From: Amphiscolops sp. MND2022
Lineage: Eukaryota
Direction: 5' to 3'
Assembly: GCA_964187785.1 (NCBI GenBank)
Contig: OZ076409.1
Span: forward strand, 42,286,001-42,350,000
Length of the DNA stretch: 64,000 nt
Shown: piece after piece, positions 13,252-27,024 of the stretch
Position numbering within the stretch: the stretch's first letter is position 1
Layout of the letters: the number at the start of each line of letters is the position of its first letter
Made by a program: the position numbers and the translations under genes
Notes under the pieces: model-generated
Database searches by the model: none
What the model was told of the DNA's origin: nothing
Seen by the model: only the letters and a program-made list of their open reading frames with translations

Positions 13252-16200
13252 TGTTATACGGTGTATATACCGAACCGAGCATTCGGATATATCGATCTGT
13301 CAATCGAAAACACAGACTACTTAGTACCAGCTCCTAGATTAATTGAAATGAAATTAATGTTACGTATTTCTAGACCATGTTGGTAAATACGGTATTTATC
13401 TTTGCAGTGTATTGTTGAATCATTTGATACAAGATTTGCATGCAGTATAGTTTAATCGACAGAATAACAGAGATACTGTCTTTTAGTAAATTCAAAATAC
13501 TTTCATATTTTTTAACCAAGAAATAGAACATGGCGCAGTCAGCAATCTCAATTACTTACTAATTTTACCGAAGCAAAGATGACACAAGAAGCTAACAACT
13601 TGAAGTACCGAACTTCGGTTAGGCCGGAATTTTAAACACAAAAAGACTCCTTTTGGGGCATCGGTCCAGAGGCATTATACCAGATGACAAGAGCGGAGTA
13701 CAAAACAGAGCCCGACAAAATCCGACTATCAAACGAATATATCCTACCAAAAAAACACCTATCACAACTGAAGAGAATACTTTTGGACAAAACGAACGGG
13801 AACGGAAACACCAGAAGATTTCTGGCGGAGACTTATAGAAATTGAAAAAAGAATGCTCATTTGGAAGAATAACAGCTGAAGAAATTTTTATCTCAAAATT
13901 CATGACAGCAATTACGGACCCGACGTTCCGAGACAAAATGATGGAAGAAAAGAAACTAGAGAAAAAAAACAATCAAAATGTTGAAACAAAACACATACGA
14001 AAAGAAACACCGAACAAACTCAAAACCCGAAGCACTCATTACAAACCAAACCGAGAAAAAGGTAAAAGAAGAATCAATCCAGAAAATGAAAGATTTGATA
14101 CCAGACAGAAAAAAAAGAACAAAAAATGACAAGCTATGCAAATTCTGGAATGCAACAAACTGGAACCCGACACATAAACGACCGGCAATGGATAAAACAA
14201 CTGCGGGAAGAAAAGACATTTCCCACGGTCATGCAGACAAAGAGGCAATTACAAACGCAAAGTACGAAATGTAACCGAAAAACAAAAAACAGCAATTGGA
14301 GGAGAATTCGACGAAACTGATTCAAGCATATACAGTATTGAGAAGATAAACAGCGACTCGATAGCAATAGTGAATGACAGCAACAGTGAAAGTGAATGGC
14401 ATTGAACAAGAACTCATAGTGGTAACGGGATCACCAATTCAATAATGCCGGTAGATGAAAGTATACTAATGCAAACTGAAAAACAAAACAAGAAACACCG
14501 ATACCAAGATGTAAACAAAAAAAGAGTGCATATCCGGCAAAAGTTACCAACAAACATTGAATTAAAAAACAAAAGATACAAATTCTGAGTGCAGAGAGAA
14601 ATGACATCCGATGAAGCATCTGATTGGAGGAGAACAGAGAAACAAAAAAGAGACAAATAATTGAGAAGTTTCCGTATCTATTCAAAGATAACATCATCGT
14701 AAATGATACCGAACTATTATCCAATTGAAAACAGGACATTATTCGGTAAAACAGAAAGCAAGACCAGTTCCACTAAAACTACAAGAAGAACTTGGTAGAG
14801 AATTTGAAAAATTTATAAAAGAGGAGTCGCCAGTTGCAATAACAGTAACAAATGACAAATCGGTGAATTTCGCATTAGGTTCGGAAAAACTAAATGACAG
14901 CTGTATGAAAATAATACCACGCATGCCAAATATGGAAGAAATGCAGAACCAAACTTCGGTGGAGGTCACAAGAGACCGAAGTTGATGAAATCGAAAATCG
15001 ACTTAAACTACGCATATGGCATGAGGCGATTGTCAAAAGAAACTAGCCGACAATGTGTATTTGCCCTAATCGGAGAAAAATTCAGCGGACATTACTGATT
15101 TGAAAAGGAGTTTTACGGTCTTGCCGATATTTCAAGAAAAAATTATCCGAACTCTAGAAAACTCCACTCCGTTCTGGTTAGACGATATAATAGTTGTAAC
15201 CAGAGCGGACCGCGTCGACCACGATGAAAATATTAGACGTAATAAAGAGACTGGAAGATGCCGGATATCGAAAATCCGAATTCTTTCCAAACAAGATCAA
15301 ATGGCTGGGACTGGATATTGACGAAACGCGAATCAAATCGCACTAGGAAAAGTTAAAACCCTTCTTGGACTTGAAACACCCGGAGAACCAAAAACAATCA
15401 AAATCATTCCTCGGTGCAATACAATACCTCCCTGAAGTTAAACCGAGAGTATGGGAAAAAACCCAAAGACTTCGAGAACTTTTGAGGAAAAGCTAAAAGT
15501 GGAAACGGGGAAAGAACAAGATGAAGACTTTAACAGCATTACGAAAATGCTGACCGAAGAATATTGTTTAGCCCAATACGATAAGGACAGAGATGATATC
15601 GTATCAATCGATGCGAGTAAATCCGGACTCGGAATGACATTGTGGCAGAAACAAACTGACGGAGAAATAAAACTGATAGCCTTCTGATGTGGATAATTGA
15701 ACGAAACTGAAACAGTGACTCAATTGGGAACTGGATTTTACTGGCAGTTTTGTGGGGCTTAGACAAATTCTTATTTTGCTTATACGTGAAGAACCTCGTT
15801 ACACAGACCACACCACCAGGCGCTTGAACTATTGAATAAAAGAAACGGATGTAATAGACAATACGGCGCAAGATTAGCAATTTGGCTAGGTCGGCTTGCA
15901 CACTTTGATAGTTTACCAATTTTTTTGATTGGAAATCCGGTAGAAACCGTGGCAATCGAGGACGTATACGATAAGCAATACGTAATTCAAATCTTTTCAG
16001 AACAAGCCGAACCAAACATTATTCGTTGACTGTTCACAAAAAGAGTCGGAAAGAAGTAAAATGTCCGACACAGAATCTAACAACCAATAAAATTGGAAAA
16101 GAAGAGTCGAGAGTTACCGGGAAGTGAACAAAAATTGCGAAGATGCTAAGTTTGCATCGACCAAACATCGAGAAAAAATTGCATGGGAAAGTTCAGTTCG

Positions 16201-18813
16201 AAACTTGAAATCAAATTCAAATTGCTTCAAAAAAATACCTCTATTTGAGCGAGAAATGGACCGCGACTACTTCCACTGGGGCAACACCGACGAAATCATG
16301 GAAATCGTAAGAAAGAGAAGGAAAAGTCCATAAACCCTGAAACTCGTTGAAAGAAGGCAGGAAATCTTCCGACCAGGGACAATGCGCCAAGAAACTGACA
16401 TGAATGCACAAAGACAAGGTTGAGTCCCTTCAAGACTGGAAAAAAGAAGCCGGGAGAAGATCGCAGAAATTGATGGGAAATTATTAAAACGGGAATATAA
16501 ATTCGGAGATGGATACCAACCCCTGGAAGATCGAAGAGAGGAAGAAGAAAACCAACAACAACCGGAGACATTCGAGGACAATGAACAGGAAAGTGAAGGC
16601 GAAACACAGTTAATTCGGGCGACAACTTTCCCATTGTAGTTGTAGAAGCATACGACACGGAAGGAAAAGAGGATCAATTCATTCGAACAAACCAAGTCAT
16701 TGATAAAACTACCGGAGACAAATGGGCCACAGAAGACGCGAGCAAAAAGACTGAGTTTAAGTTTATGCGCGACCTGAAAACGTTGAATGCAAAATGAACT
16801 AAATCGGGTCAGAGACGCAATGAGACAGGACGAGAAGAACATAGCTCGAGAAGCATAGAGACCGGCAATAGAGAAACTGACAAACAAATGGGGTCTGACA
16901 TTTAACGATGACCGAAAAACTTTACCAACCGAATAGATAAAAAGCTGGTTACGTTATGTTTCGGTCACACCGGAGCTACAAAAATGGCAGCGTAAACCCA
17001 ATTTTTCTGATGGCCGAACACATCAGAGGAATTAGAAGACCAAAAACTGTGCAGTCTGTATGGCATCGGGTAAGAATTTAAGAAACCATCTAGAGAAACA
17101 TGTAACGGGAAAACTAAAAGCAGCAATGAAACCGGGACAAGAAACTTAAATCAATTTCCCGGAAAATTATCAACAAAAAGTTGAACGGTGAATACCAAAG
17201 TTAATTCGCTATTGACAGATGCAGCAAATGGCTAACTGTAAAACTTTGCAAGTCATCAGAATCAAAGGAAATAACAAACTTCCTAACAAAAAATATAACT
17301 TGTACGGACTACCGGAGAGATTAGAAACGGATAAAGGCGCGGCTTTTTTTCGAGAAAAGATAAAGAATTCCACATGTCGGAGAACATCGAGATCGAATAT
17401 AGTACACGGAGACTACATACTGGTACAGGAGCAGCAAAACGCGCAATACAGACATTGAAGAATGTAAGTATCACTAATCTGGAAACTAATTCGTGTTTGA
17501 CCGCGGGCGTAAACAGCACTGAACGTAATGCGATTCACAGTACATACGGAACTTAAACTTACACCGTTTGAATTACACCACGGGCGTAAGCCGAGAATCG
17601 AATCAACAATTGTAGTCAAGGAAGAAATCTTTATTTTCTAATTGGTCGGTAATATCTACTTTAGCGGAAAACCGACCGAAGATACCTATCGATGTATCCC
17701 GAGACGGAGAAGGAGAGGTATCTAACTATATCATCATGGCCCGGACAAAAGCCGAAGAGAAAGTCATTACCGAAAAGTCATCGAAGAAGAAAAATTTGGT
17801 TAGTAATTATCTTTTTCAATTCTTCGAGAAGAACCACATTAAGAAATCATTCGAAGATAGAGCTCAGAAACAATTACAAACCACAATGAACGAACCAGGA
17901 AATACGTACTTTTCGTACCTCGACACCGGAAAAGTAATTCACAAAAAATATTTCTTGGGTTCTGATTATATCTCAAATAGAGAGAAAGGCTGCATCAAAA
18001 ATCGGGGACACAATAACCCCGAAAAACTAACACTGCCTGAGGGGTTGATAGCAAGAAATAAAATGGAACAAAATCCTGACAGATGTACTCACCGGACAGT
18101 TGAAAATTATCCTAATAAAAGCACAGAATGAGACTCTCTAAGCGAGGAGGGAGAAATACGGAATGAATTTGAAAATCACGATACCTCTGATCGAGACGGC
18201 TACAGGCCGATCACAACATCTCCCGAGTATGAACTCAACATACAGAATGACGGTGAGATGAATACGGTGAGAACAAAATAAAAAATACAATAGCTTAATA
18301 CGTTAGACGGTCTAATCGTGAAACGAAGCAACAGAATGGATACGGGAGAATGAGATATACACGAAACTTTTGAGTGTGAAACAATAAGTCTGAATGTTAC
18401 AGGAAACAATTTGACGAATCGAAAGGGAACTTCGCAATCACTACCAACACCTGCAGGGTGTATTCAGCAAAGGTCACCCCGACACCCGGAAGCTCCAAGA
18501 TATGAGAAGGCGAAGAACCCAGAAGGGGAACTCTTATAGGGTGTATATACCGACCATTTTTTTGAATATTCTGTCAATCAAAAACTGAGACTACTCAGTA
18601 CCAGTTCCTAGATTCATATCAAATGAATATTATGAATTGTGTTACGTAATTTCAGACCATTTTGGTAAACATCGTGTTTATGTTGTGCAGTGTATCAATA
18701 AACCATTTGATACTAGATCTGGATACAGTGTAGTTTAGTCAACAGAATAACAGAAAAGCATTCTTCTAGTAAATTCAAATCATTTTCCTATTTCCTATCC
18801 AAGAAGTAGAACA
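13252..18813 (+). mobile_element. Decayed full-length Gypsy LTR retrotransposon (~5.6 kb, short LTRs)
   Basis: LTRs 13252-13530 and 18532-18813; TSD TATTT (13247-13251 / 18814-18818); PBS TGGCGCAGTC at 13531 (tRNA-Ser-like); PPT AGAAGGGGAA at 18521-18530. Fragmented pol: KQKARPVP, WLDDII (RT), IDASKSGLG (RNase H), ETDKG and TPFELHHGRKPR (integrase). Confidence 0.9.
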
Positions 18814-19545
18814 TATTTCGCTGCACTAACCCATTTTTTCAAGACGAAAAATTTCCTACATTTAACCCGGGTTTCCTGACCAGGCCGATCATAATCCGAC
18901 CATATTATGGCACCATAGAAATCATACAAACGTACTTACTATGATCTTGCCTTGCTCGGCCTGGAATCATATATGGTCCAGAGTATGATCGGCCTGGAAT
19001 CATGATTGGTCCAGAGAATGATCATCCTGGAATCATAAATTTTTGTTCCAATTTTTTGAATATTCTGTCAATCAAAAACTGAGACTACTCAGTACCAGTT
19101 CCTAGATTCATATCAAATGAATATTATGAATTGTGTTACGTAATTTCAGACCACTTTGGTAAACATCGTGTTCATGTTGTGCAGTGTATCAATAAACCAT
19201 TTGATACTAGATCTGGATACAGTGTAGTTTAGTCAACAGAATAACAGAAAAGCATTCTTCTAGTAAATTCAAATCATTTTCCTATTTCCTATCCAAGAAG
19301 TAGAACATATTTCGCTGCACTAACCCATTTTTTCAAGATGAAAAATTTCCCACATTTAACCCGGGTTTCCTGACCAGGCCGATCATAATCCGACCATATT
19401 ATGGCACCATAGAAATCATACAAACGTACTTACTATGATCTTGCCTTGCTCGGCCTGGAATCATATATGGTCCAGAGTATGATCGGCCTGGAATCATGAT
19501 TGGTCCAGAGAATGATCAGCCTGGAATCATAAATTTTTGTTCCAA
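18558..19545. repeat. 494-bp direct tandem duplication spanning the 3' LTR end, flank and left end of a MITE
   Basis: Units 18558-19051 and 19052-19545 differ by only a few substitutions. Confidence 0.92.
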
Positions 19546-20195
19546 ACGCGGGTTGACGTGACATGCAACACAAAAAACTTTCAAATATTGAGATCAGCCG
19601 GCTTTATAGGTTGAGAGCAATAGACTAAATTCGACCTTTTGTATTTGCAAACGATACATTGCAGGTCAGAACTCTGTTAATCTCTAAGCGGAGTTAAAGA
19701 CAAACTTTGGTCACTCAGTTTGTTCTCAGTCACTCCTTAGTTAATAACTAACTCTTTTCTTATAGCAGTACCCACTTTGCAGTGTGAGTTTCGATTATTG
19801 CGAGAAAAATGACCAATAATTCAGCAAAAGCTGCCAAAAATTGATGATCTCTACCTTGTTTTCAATTCGGTGATTGTATTGGACCTTTGGTTGAGGAATT
19901 TTTTGTTTTTCATCAGTGTATGCGTTACTTGACTACATTATACTAATTTTCCTTTTATGGATCCAGGCTGACCATACTCTTGGCCATAAAGGTTTATGGT
20001 TTCAGGCTGATCATAGACTGAACCATTTATGGCCCAGAATATGGTCAGGCTGGAACCATAAACTTAGCTTCTTATGGAACATGGCGTATCATAGACTGGA
20101 CCATATTTGTCCAGAGTATGATCAGCCTGGAATCATACTGTGAGTATGATGGCAGTGTATGATTGACCTGTTTTTGTATGGGAGGGAAACCCGGG
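19360..20195. mobile_element. Non-autonomous TIR element (MITE) with CCCGGG termini and AA 2-bp TSD
   Basis: TIR CCCGGGTTTCC...GGAAACCCGGG; subterminal GATC(A/G)GCCTGGAATCAT motifs in both orientations. A duplicated left end starts at 18866. Confidence 0.75.
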
Positions 20196-21201
20196 AAAAC
20201 ATTGCATATGCCTACAAGGCTGAACGCGAAAAAAATTTAGTTGTCATCGCCGAAAGCAGACAAATCTTGTTTATTTTCCCCATCCTCAGAGCATTCAAGA
20301 TTATCAGTCCGTGACTTGTTTTGATCCCCATCGGAAAGTATTTCAAGTTTTCAAATGATCTCTCCGTTGACCTGTAATTGCGTTCCAGATACTCGGAACT
20401 TTTCACTCTATCTATACAGTCATCGCGCCGTCTATAGCAACGTAGGTGAACTTTGTTTTTGTCAGCCCAAAACTTTGAAGCAACAAATCTCGATGGCTTT
20501 CATGTTGGTCTGGCTAAATGGCTCATATCTCAACGCTGATTGGCAAGGCAGTTCTGTTGTGGAACTTTCACCTCCTATAGCCTGCCTTCGTTCCTATCGT
20601 GGCAACTTCACTGGACTGGACGAAAGTGTTTTGTGTTCATTTTTTTGTTCTACCCTTCACTCGTATAGTGACTGGCATGCGTTTTCTATCTTTTTGATTC
20701 TGATTTCCGCTTTTGTTTCACATCGTTTGCAGACCACAGATGTGTACAGATGTGTGAAACCTCGCTCGTAATATGGTGACTAACATGGCACCACTTAATG
20801 AAGTCCATCTATGTCTTCTGAGAGAAGGAAACTATGTCTTTCTCACTTGGGTTTTTCACATGAATCGAGACATCAGACACGTTGTTTACGGACTCCTTTT
20901 TTCACCCTCAATGTTATCATAATTTTGAATCATACCTTAAGAGACAAGAAAATGTTAACTGTTTAAGGTAGTAAAAGATAAAACCGAAAGTTCCCTATTT
21001 TGGAATTTCAGATCATATTTCAGATTCCCGATTTCAGATTCCGTTTTCGAAACTTGAGCTTGTAAATGTGTAAATGTTTCTCAATTTATAATTATCTATT
21101 CTACTCTTTAGCTCTTGTCCCGGCCTTTGAGTGTTGTTCCTGTTTGTTGAAATTGGCACACACGACATTGTTGTATTTTTGCATAAAGTTCTGCATAGTT
21201 T

Positions 21202-21490
21202 CCCTGGTCGAGAAAAAATGCGTTCCTTGCAAGGATCTTGCAAGATCTTTGTAAAAATGCAATTAATTGTACAATCTTGCAAGGAAATTTGTTCCTTGCA
21301 AGATCTTGCAAGGAAATGTTTTCCTTGGAAGATCTTGCAAGGAAATGTTTTCCTTGAAAGATCTTGCAAGGAAATTTTTTTTCTTGCAAGATTCTTGCAA
21401 GATGTCTTGCAGAAAAATGCATAATCTTGCAAGACCTTGAAAGAAAATCTTGCAAGATCCTTGCAAGGAACGCATTTTTTTAAACCAGGG
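21202..21490. mobile_element. 289-bp MITE built from TCTTGCAAG(A/G) motifs
   Basis: TIR CCCTGGT..AAAAAATGCGTTCCTTGCAAGGATCTTGCAAGAT and its reverse complement at the right end; TT flanks on both sides. Confidence 0.88.
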
Positions 21491-21738
21491 TTCCAATCCC
21501 ACTCAATACTAGCTCAACAGATTGGTACTCTGATGACGGAAATCTGTGATTACTAAAAGCGTCGTGAAAATCTTCAGAAAATGTATCGAAGCAGAGTTAA
21601 TTGTAAGACTGGAAATCGAATCCACTAGATCGAACTGTCTTTCCAGTCACGCAGCAGGATAACGCTGGTCCATGATATTGGGTGCTTTCAAGAAAACCTG
21701 TCTCGAAATTGAAACGCTATTGAAGATGAATGTATGAT

Positions 21739-23629
21739 TGTTGGAACTGACGTTCCTATTAGTAATATTATTTCCTGAGATGTCCACGGGATCTGTATCA
21801 AGTTCGTAACGTAAGGCAGAACTACATTGTTCAGAAGCAGGGTTTGACAGACTGTCTATCATAGACGTAAGATTTTCAATTAGCCTTAAAATTTCTCTTT
21901 GTCCGAAATCAGTATCTCTCAGTCGTTTTGACAGACGGTTTTCAACCCTACTAGAAATGTCTTCGAAACCCTGTTCGGGAAGACTAGCATTTTCGTCATT
22001 CGGGTAATTATAATTCTCTATCTCTACCTGACTGGTACTTTGATCACTTCTCAATTTCTTTTTCTGGGTCTTTTCAGGCATTTTTAAGACTGTATTCTGG
22101 CCTGAAATAATCAAATTAGGTATTTTCTGGAGGTTAATAGTTCCAAGTTATTCCCAAGCAAACCAATGGACGAAACAAATAAAATCCAAACTTCGGACGA
22201 TACAAATTAAGCGATTATTAACAAACAATTAAAGTGCGCGACAAGTTTTAGAAAAAGTTATGAAAATAATATTCGAAATTGCACGTGAGCGGTTCGTAGA
22301 ATCACAAACTAAAAACTGGTCCTTTCCTTAACCCGCCTCAGATATATATATACTTTCCGCTAGACACGCGGGATAAATCCCGCGCGTGAATTCACACCTC
22401 GTTCAGCTCGGCGTCAATCCGAGGCAGGAAAGTCCAAATCAGGTCCGCTTCCTCGGGACTCGGCTTTCAGCGTCATCTCGTTTTAAAGGAAAAGTGGGAG
22501 TCAACTTCCTGCCGAAGTCCCGATTCCGCGTCGCTTCCTTCTTCGTTTCCCGCCAATTCAAGACGCCGAGCCAAAGTTGGCACTGGAAATTCATTAATCT
22601 AGCTACTGAAGCGGGAAAGGAAAATGAAATTTACATCCAATATTCCCAACTTTTACTAATAAACAAATCAGGAAAATACTTCGATATTGTAAATTAACAG
22701 CACTGATTTTCTTTTAATTAGACAATTATAGCCGTTAATCGATGTTTTAGGCTGAAACAAACAATTAAAATCCTGGATGAATGCCAGGCAACGCGTTTCA
22801 TTTGGGTCGTCTGGCCTGTTGACCAAGTGGTTGACTCAACTGTATTGAACTAAACGATGCATGTGGGGGTGAATAATAGCACTGAGGGGGTTTATTTCAC
22901 TATAATATTAACAATCGGTACGTCCAAAGAGGACAGCTTCGCAAATGAGATAACTAAAATTTTATATTAATCCAATACTCTTGGTCGCCTACCCAGGTTG
23001 TTGTTTTACTTGGAAAATTTAGCACGCTGCCTGGGAGGTCGACTCAAACACAAGGTTAATCAAATACATCGATAACACTCAATTATTATTAATTAGTGTT
23101 CATTGGATACTCTCTTGGTATTTGACTTCTTTTAAGTCGTGTAATTTCATTTAAAACTTAGCGTCGACTAGTTGCATCAGTATATTCAGGCAGTGCGACT
23201 GAGCGTGCGTCTCAGCTACAGTCGACTAGTATGCTGCCTGGGACGTTGACTCAAATTCACTAGTGGCTTCAACTGCGCTCAATTCTGATTGGTCAATACG
23301 GACTGAATTATTTAAAATCACTACTGCCGCTGAGGCAAGTCCCGAGTTGACGCGTTGATCGAATTAATTTCGGTCAGCGGGCTGGCTGATTGACTGAGCA
23401 AATACTGCGCTTGTTATTATTATATAATTATTTACATATCTATGTATTTCAGGCACGATGGTAGTAAATATACATTTACATGTTATTTAGATAATACTAG
23501 GTTGTTTGTTGGTTTTCCCTTTTTAGGTTTGTTTTGGCATTTCTGACCTACTCTGGTCGGTTTCCTTGCTTTCCTCCTCAGGCGTTCCTCTTACTGTTTG
23601 TATTCCGTGACACCTCTGGGGTCGCGACA
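21739..23629 (-). mobile_element. Solo LTR (1891 bp) of the same Gypsy clade, with Gag N-terminal ORF
   Basis: TG...CA termini; perfect TSD ATGAT (21734-21738 / 23630-23634). TATA-like tract at ~22343-22352. ATG 22081 gives MPEKTQKKK...GQREILRLIENL..IDSL, homologous to element C Gag N-terminus (GQREILKMIENL..IDSL). Confidence 0.9.
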
Positions 23630-23739
23630 ATGATTCTTGGACGACCTCTAGGCACAAAAACCGCAAGCAAAAAAAATCAACGATATCAGTGAATAGTTTC
23701 GATGCACACTGTAATTTATTACGTTTGCTTACATCTACT

Positions 23740-25993
23740 TGTCACGACCCGCTCCCGGTCGGGATTATAGCTGCTGCAGTGGGATACCTGGTTTCGAAAT
23801 TGGCCGGGGACAAGGCCGAGGTAAACTCTATTAAACTAATTTTAAACTGATCTAAATTCTACTTACAGTACAGCGAAATCGATTGCAGATAATTTTCCAA
23901 ATGCAAAACCTAGCGTAAACGTTACGGAACACTTTTCAGAAATGATTTTTAGCTAAAACTTCCGGTCAATTATTCCCCGCGCGTGATAAGATTTTTCACT
24001 TCCGGTATGATCTTCTGATTTTCTGCCATACTAATCTAAACACTAAAATGAACATTTATAATTGGGATCATTCTTTCCACTGGTCCACACTAAAATGAAA
24101 ACATTAAAATAAAATTCAATTCCGAGATCCCAACGGAATTCATACAATCTAAAATGAAAAGGAACAGACAAATAATAGAGCGGAATTGTTTTCCAGAGAT
24201 GAAGTGGTTGTCAATATTCACTTAAAGCACAGCCAAGTGATTTAGGCAAATATTTACAACGCTATGGCAACGCCAATCTACTGAGCTAATATTAGGAATT
24301 TTGCTTCTACGGACCAATAACGTCACTCTATTGATAGAACTATTCTTAGCTAAGCTGAATAAAAGCAATTTTGGTTGCCCCTAGCAACACCAATTGAAAT
24401 AAGAGAGAGGGAATGAATTCACCTACGCACTCCGCTTTCTCTCCGCTTGATCTGATAGCTGAGCTATGAGCAACCTTAATACGTACGGGACAGCTACGGA
24501 GCGGATTGTAAAATTGTATTCCGCCGTTCAGCTATAACCAATCTTAATACGTACGGAACAACTCGTAAAATGATAGCGGTGAAGTATTAGTTTAAACCGA
24601 AATCAAATAAGGATTTTTCTGAATCGACGCACTTAATGAATTTTTGAAAACAAGTCCACATGTAAAAGGTTGTACTGTAAGAAAGGACTAAAATTATGTT
24701 CGAAGAGTAACGGTGCTATTGCAATAGTTTCTCAATTCACGCGTGCCTTACGTTACATTAAGAGTTTATGTATTCAGTGATTAGTTGTTTATCATTAAAA
24801 TGTTTCACAGAACGTAACGTAAGGTCAACGTCAAAACCCAAACCAAATGCTATTGATGCAGAATGCCTGCCCTGCCTATTCATATGCGATGCCCAATCGA
24901 GTGCAGAATAATTATTGCCTGCAAATACATTTCCTTTCCTATCTATTTGTACTTTGCAATTCGTATGTTACGTTATGGCCACGTATAGGTCAAAGTTAGA
25001 ATTTCTGTTGGTGCAGTTGTTTAGTTTACAAAATTAACCGTATAATCATCATTATGTTTTCTCTTAGCGTCGCTTGTTCCTCAATAATATTCAAATATCC
25101 GTAGTCCGAAATTCCTTTTGCCTCGTTTCAATTTCGTTAATTTTTGCGAGTCATTCTTTTACTTCGAATCTCAATCTCCCAAATTGAAAGTTGACTAATT
25201 GTTCATGCCGGCGTACTTACGCTGATGAATATGCAAGCTAGACGTTTATTTTACCGCGATTTTGAGACTTAAACAGGAAATGGGATTGCCTGAACAAAAA
25301 TGATTTCAACAAATTTACGGAACACTGACGCAACTAGGAATTTTGATGCCTGGTTTTTACGACGCGGGACTGAAATGATATGAATCATTAGCGCTTTTTG
25401 TTGAACAAACCCGATTTTTGTGATACCTAGGAATTTTTAGGTGAGGAACAAATGATGCTGGGAAAGTATAAATATGTAGTACATACATGTAAAGTTAGTT
25501 AGTTGTGTTTTGCAAGTTGTAATAAACTTAAACTGTTTTCGTTGTTTCAACGTTGAACAAAATCATCTTCGAAGAATTCATCTATTGCCGAAGAATCATT
25601 TTTTAACATTAAAAATGACCACTAGAAGCCAGAAGAGGAAAGCTGTAGCTGAATTAGTGTCTGGAGATTTTGAAGCTTCTTTAGCTGAAAATAACTCTGC
25701 TGAAAACCTGATACCCAGTTCTAGTAAAAATCCTAGACTTGAGCTTGAAAACCTGGAGGAAATAAAAACAACTCTGAGAAAAGAAATAATGACTGATCTA
25801 ACAAAGATATTAGCCGAAAACCAAAAGGAAATGCTTAAATTAATAGCACCAGCGAACAAGAAACGCTCAGTTAGTTCGAACATACAAGATTCTGATTCTG
25901 ACCAAGAAAACATCTCCGTAACGAGAACGTCCACTCCAGTCAAGACACAAACTGCGACTAGTTCTAAAACAACACCGGTCAATAGTCGTAACA
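23740..25993 (+). repeat. Element A 5' LTR (2254 bp)
   Basis: Direct repeat of 37733-39989. TATAAAT at 25467-25473 and AATAAA at 25521-25526. Confidence 0.97.
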
Positions 25994-27024
25994 TGGTGAC
26001 AGGAGTCCTCAATGATTCCACTAACCAACCCACCAAAAGACCGAAAACGCAACGTATACTCAACGAACAACAAAAAGACCGTCCTTCCACATCAAAGATC
26101 CTGTTCGCCCCACAACCACAGACATTCCCATCAACCGACCTACTTCCGATGCCGAAAGCACTCACTGCTTCGCTCCCAGTTTTCGATGGTAAGTCCGAAA
26201 AGTTTGAACTTTTTGAGGACCTATTCCGAAACAATATCAAAATGTATCCTCACCTAACCGAGATACAAAAGATCAACTACTTCCATTCACTCCTACGAGG
26301 AAACGCACTACAAGCGTTTTGTAATCTCGATGACACCAAAAAAGACAATCTAGAAGAAGTCATAACGGCATTTAAACGCCGCTTTGGTGATTTCCAATCA
26401 TCCGCTAAAGCGAGATGTGAGTGGGACGCCCTGCATTTTGACCCCACTAAACAGAAACTTCATGAGTTCCTTGACACCCTGCAAAAAACTGCGAAGGAAG
26501 CATTCGGCTCAGAAGCACAAAAATTCATTGATAAAGCAATCTACGCCAAAATGCCAGATCACGTCAAAAAGATCCTCAACAGAGCATATTTGGAAGATAA
26601 ACCCTACAATGACATAGTTTTACATCTTGAGAGGGAAATGAGATTAAACGGACTAGGTGCGCCCGATGAAACAACCCTAGTCCCACTCAACACAGTGGAC
26701 GCTGTAGTGACGGACCATCAAAAAGATCAACAACAACGAGGCCATTGCTTTCACTGTGGCAAATATGGCCACTACAAGGCACAGTGTCGCAAACTTCAAC
26801 GAGAACGTTATAATACAGCCAAAACAAACACAAAAGACCTAGCCCAAAACGAAGTACCCAAACCCAAGTGTGATACATGTGGCAAGATGCACAAAACTGA
26901 GAATTGTTGGAACGGAGCCAACGCAGCAAATGACCCCAGAAAGAAAAAACGAGAATTCACCATCCCAACCAACAAAATCAGTGAACAACCTGTACCCACC
27001 ACGTCCTCTCAGCCAAAAAACTAA
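25615..27024 (+). CDS. gag: Gag, starting within the 5' LTR
   Basis: First ATG at 25615 (the ORF track starts at an upstream TTG). Capsid-like LPVFDGKSEKFELFEDLF; zinc knuckles CFHCGKYGHYKAQC and CDTCGKMHKTENC. Confidence 0.93.
   Translation: MTTRSQKRKAVAELVSGDFEASLAENNSAENLIPSSSKNPRLELENLEEIKTTLRKEIMTDLTKILAENQKEMLKLIAPANKKRSVSSNIQDSDSDQENISVTRTSTPVKTQTATSSKTTPVNSRNMVTGVLNDSTNQPTKRPKTQRILNEQQKDRPSTSKILFAPQPQTFPSTDLLPMPKALTASLPVFDGKSEKFELFEDLFRNNIKMYPHLTEIQKINYFHSLLRGNALQAFCNLDDTKKDNLEEVITAFKRRFGDFQSSAKARCEWDALHFDPTKQKLHEFLDTLQKTAKEAFGSEAQKFIDKAIYAKMPDHVKKILNRAYLEDKPYNDIVLHLEREMRLNGLGAPDETTLVPLNTVDAVVTDHQKDQQQRGHCFHCGKYGHYKAQCRKLQRERYNTAKTNTKDLAQNEVPKPKCDTCGKMHKTENCWNGANAANDPRKKKREFTIPTNKISEQPVPTTSSQPKN
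25994..26006 (+). promoter_or_regulatory. Primer-binding site TGGTGACAGGAGT (probably tRNA-Leu)
   Basis: TGG directly after the LTR-terminal CA. One mismatch from the tRNA-Leu-type PBS TGGTGTCAGGAGT. Same 13-mer at 62076 (element C); TGGTGACAGG at 58079-58070 on the minus strand (element B). Confidence 0.8.

Noticed and set aside
21034..21502. Overlapping ORFs of 62-132 aa
   Set aside because: Artefacts of the TCTTGCAAG motif array in the MITE.
25510..25614. TTG start of the 504-aa gag ORF (and 39506 in the 3' LTR)
   Set aside because: Non-ATG start close to the presumed transcription start; ATG 25615 matches the starts of the other families.
25596..26240. Antisense ORFs over gag/pol (also 28016-28543 and 16267-16887)
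   Set aside because: Shadow frames of the A/C-rich coding strand, with no motifs or splice support.
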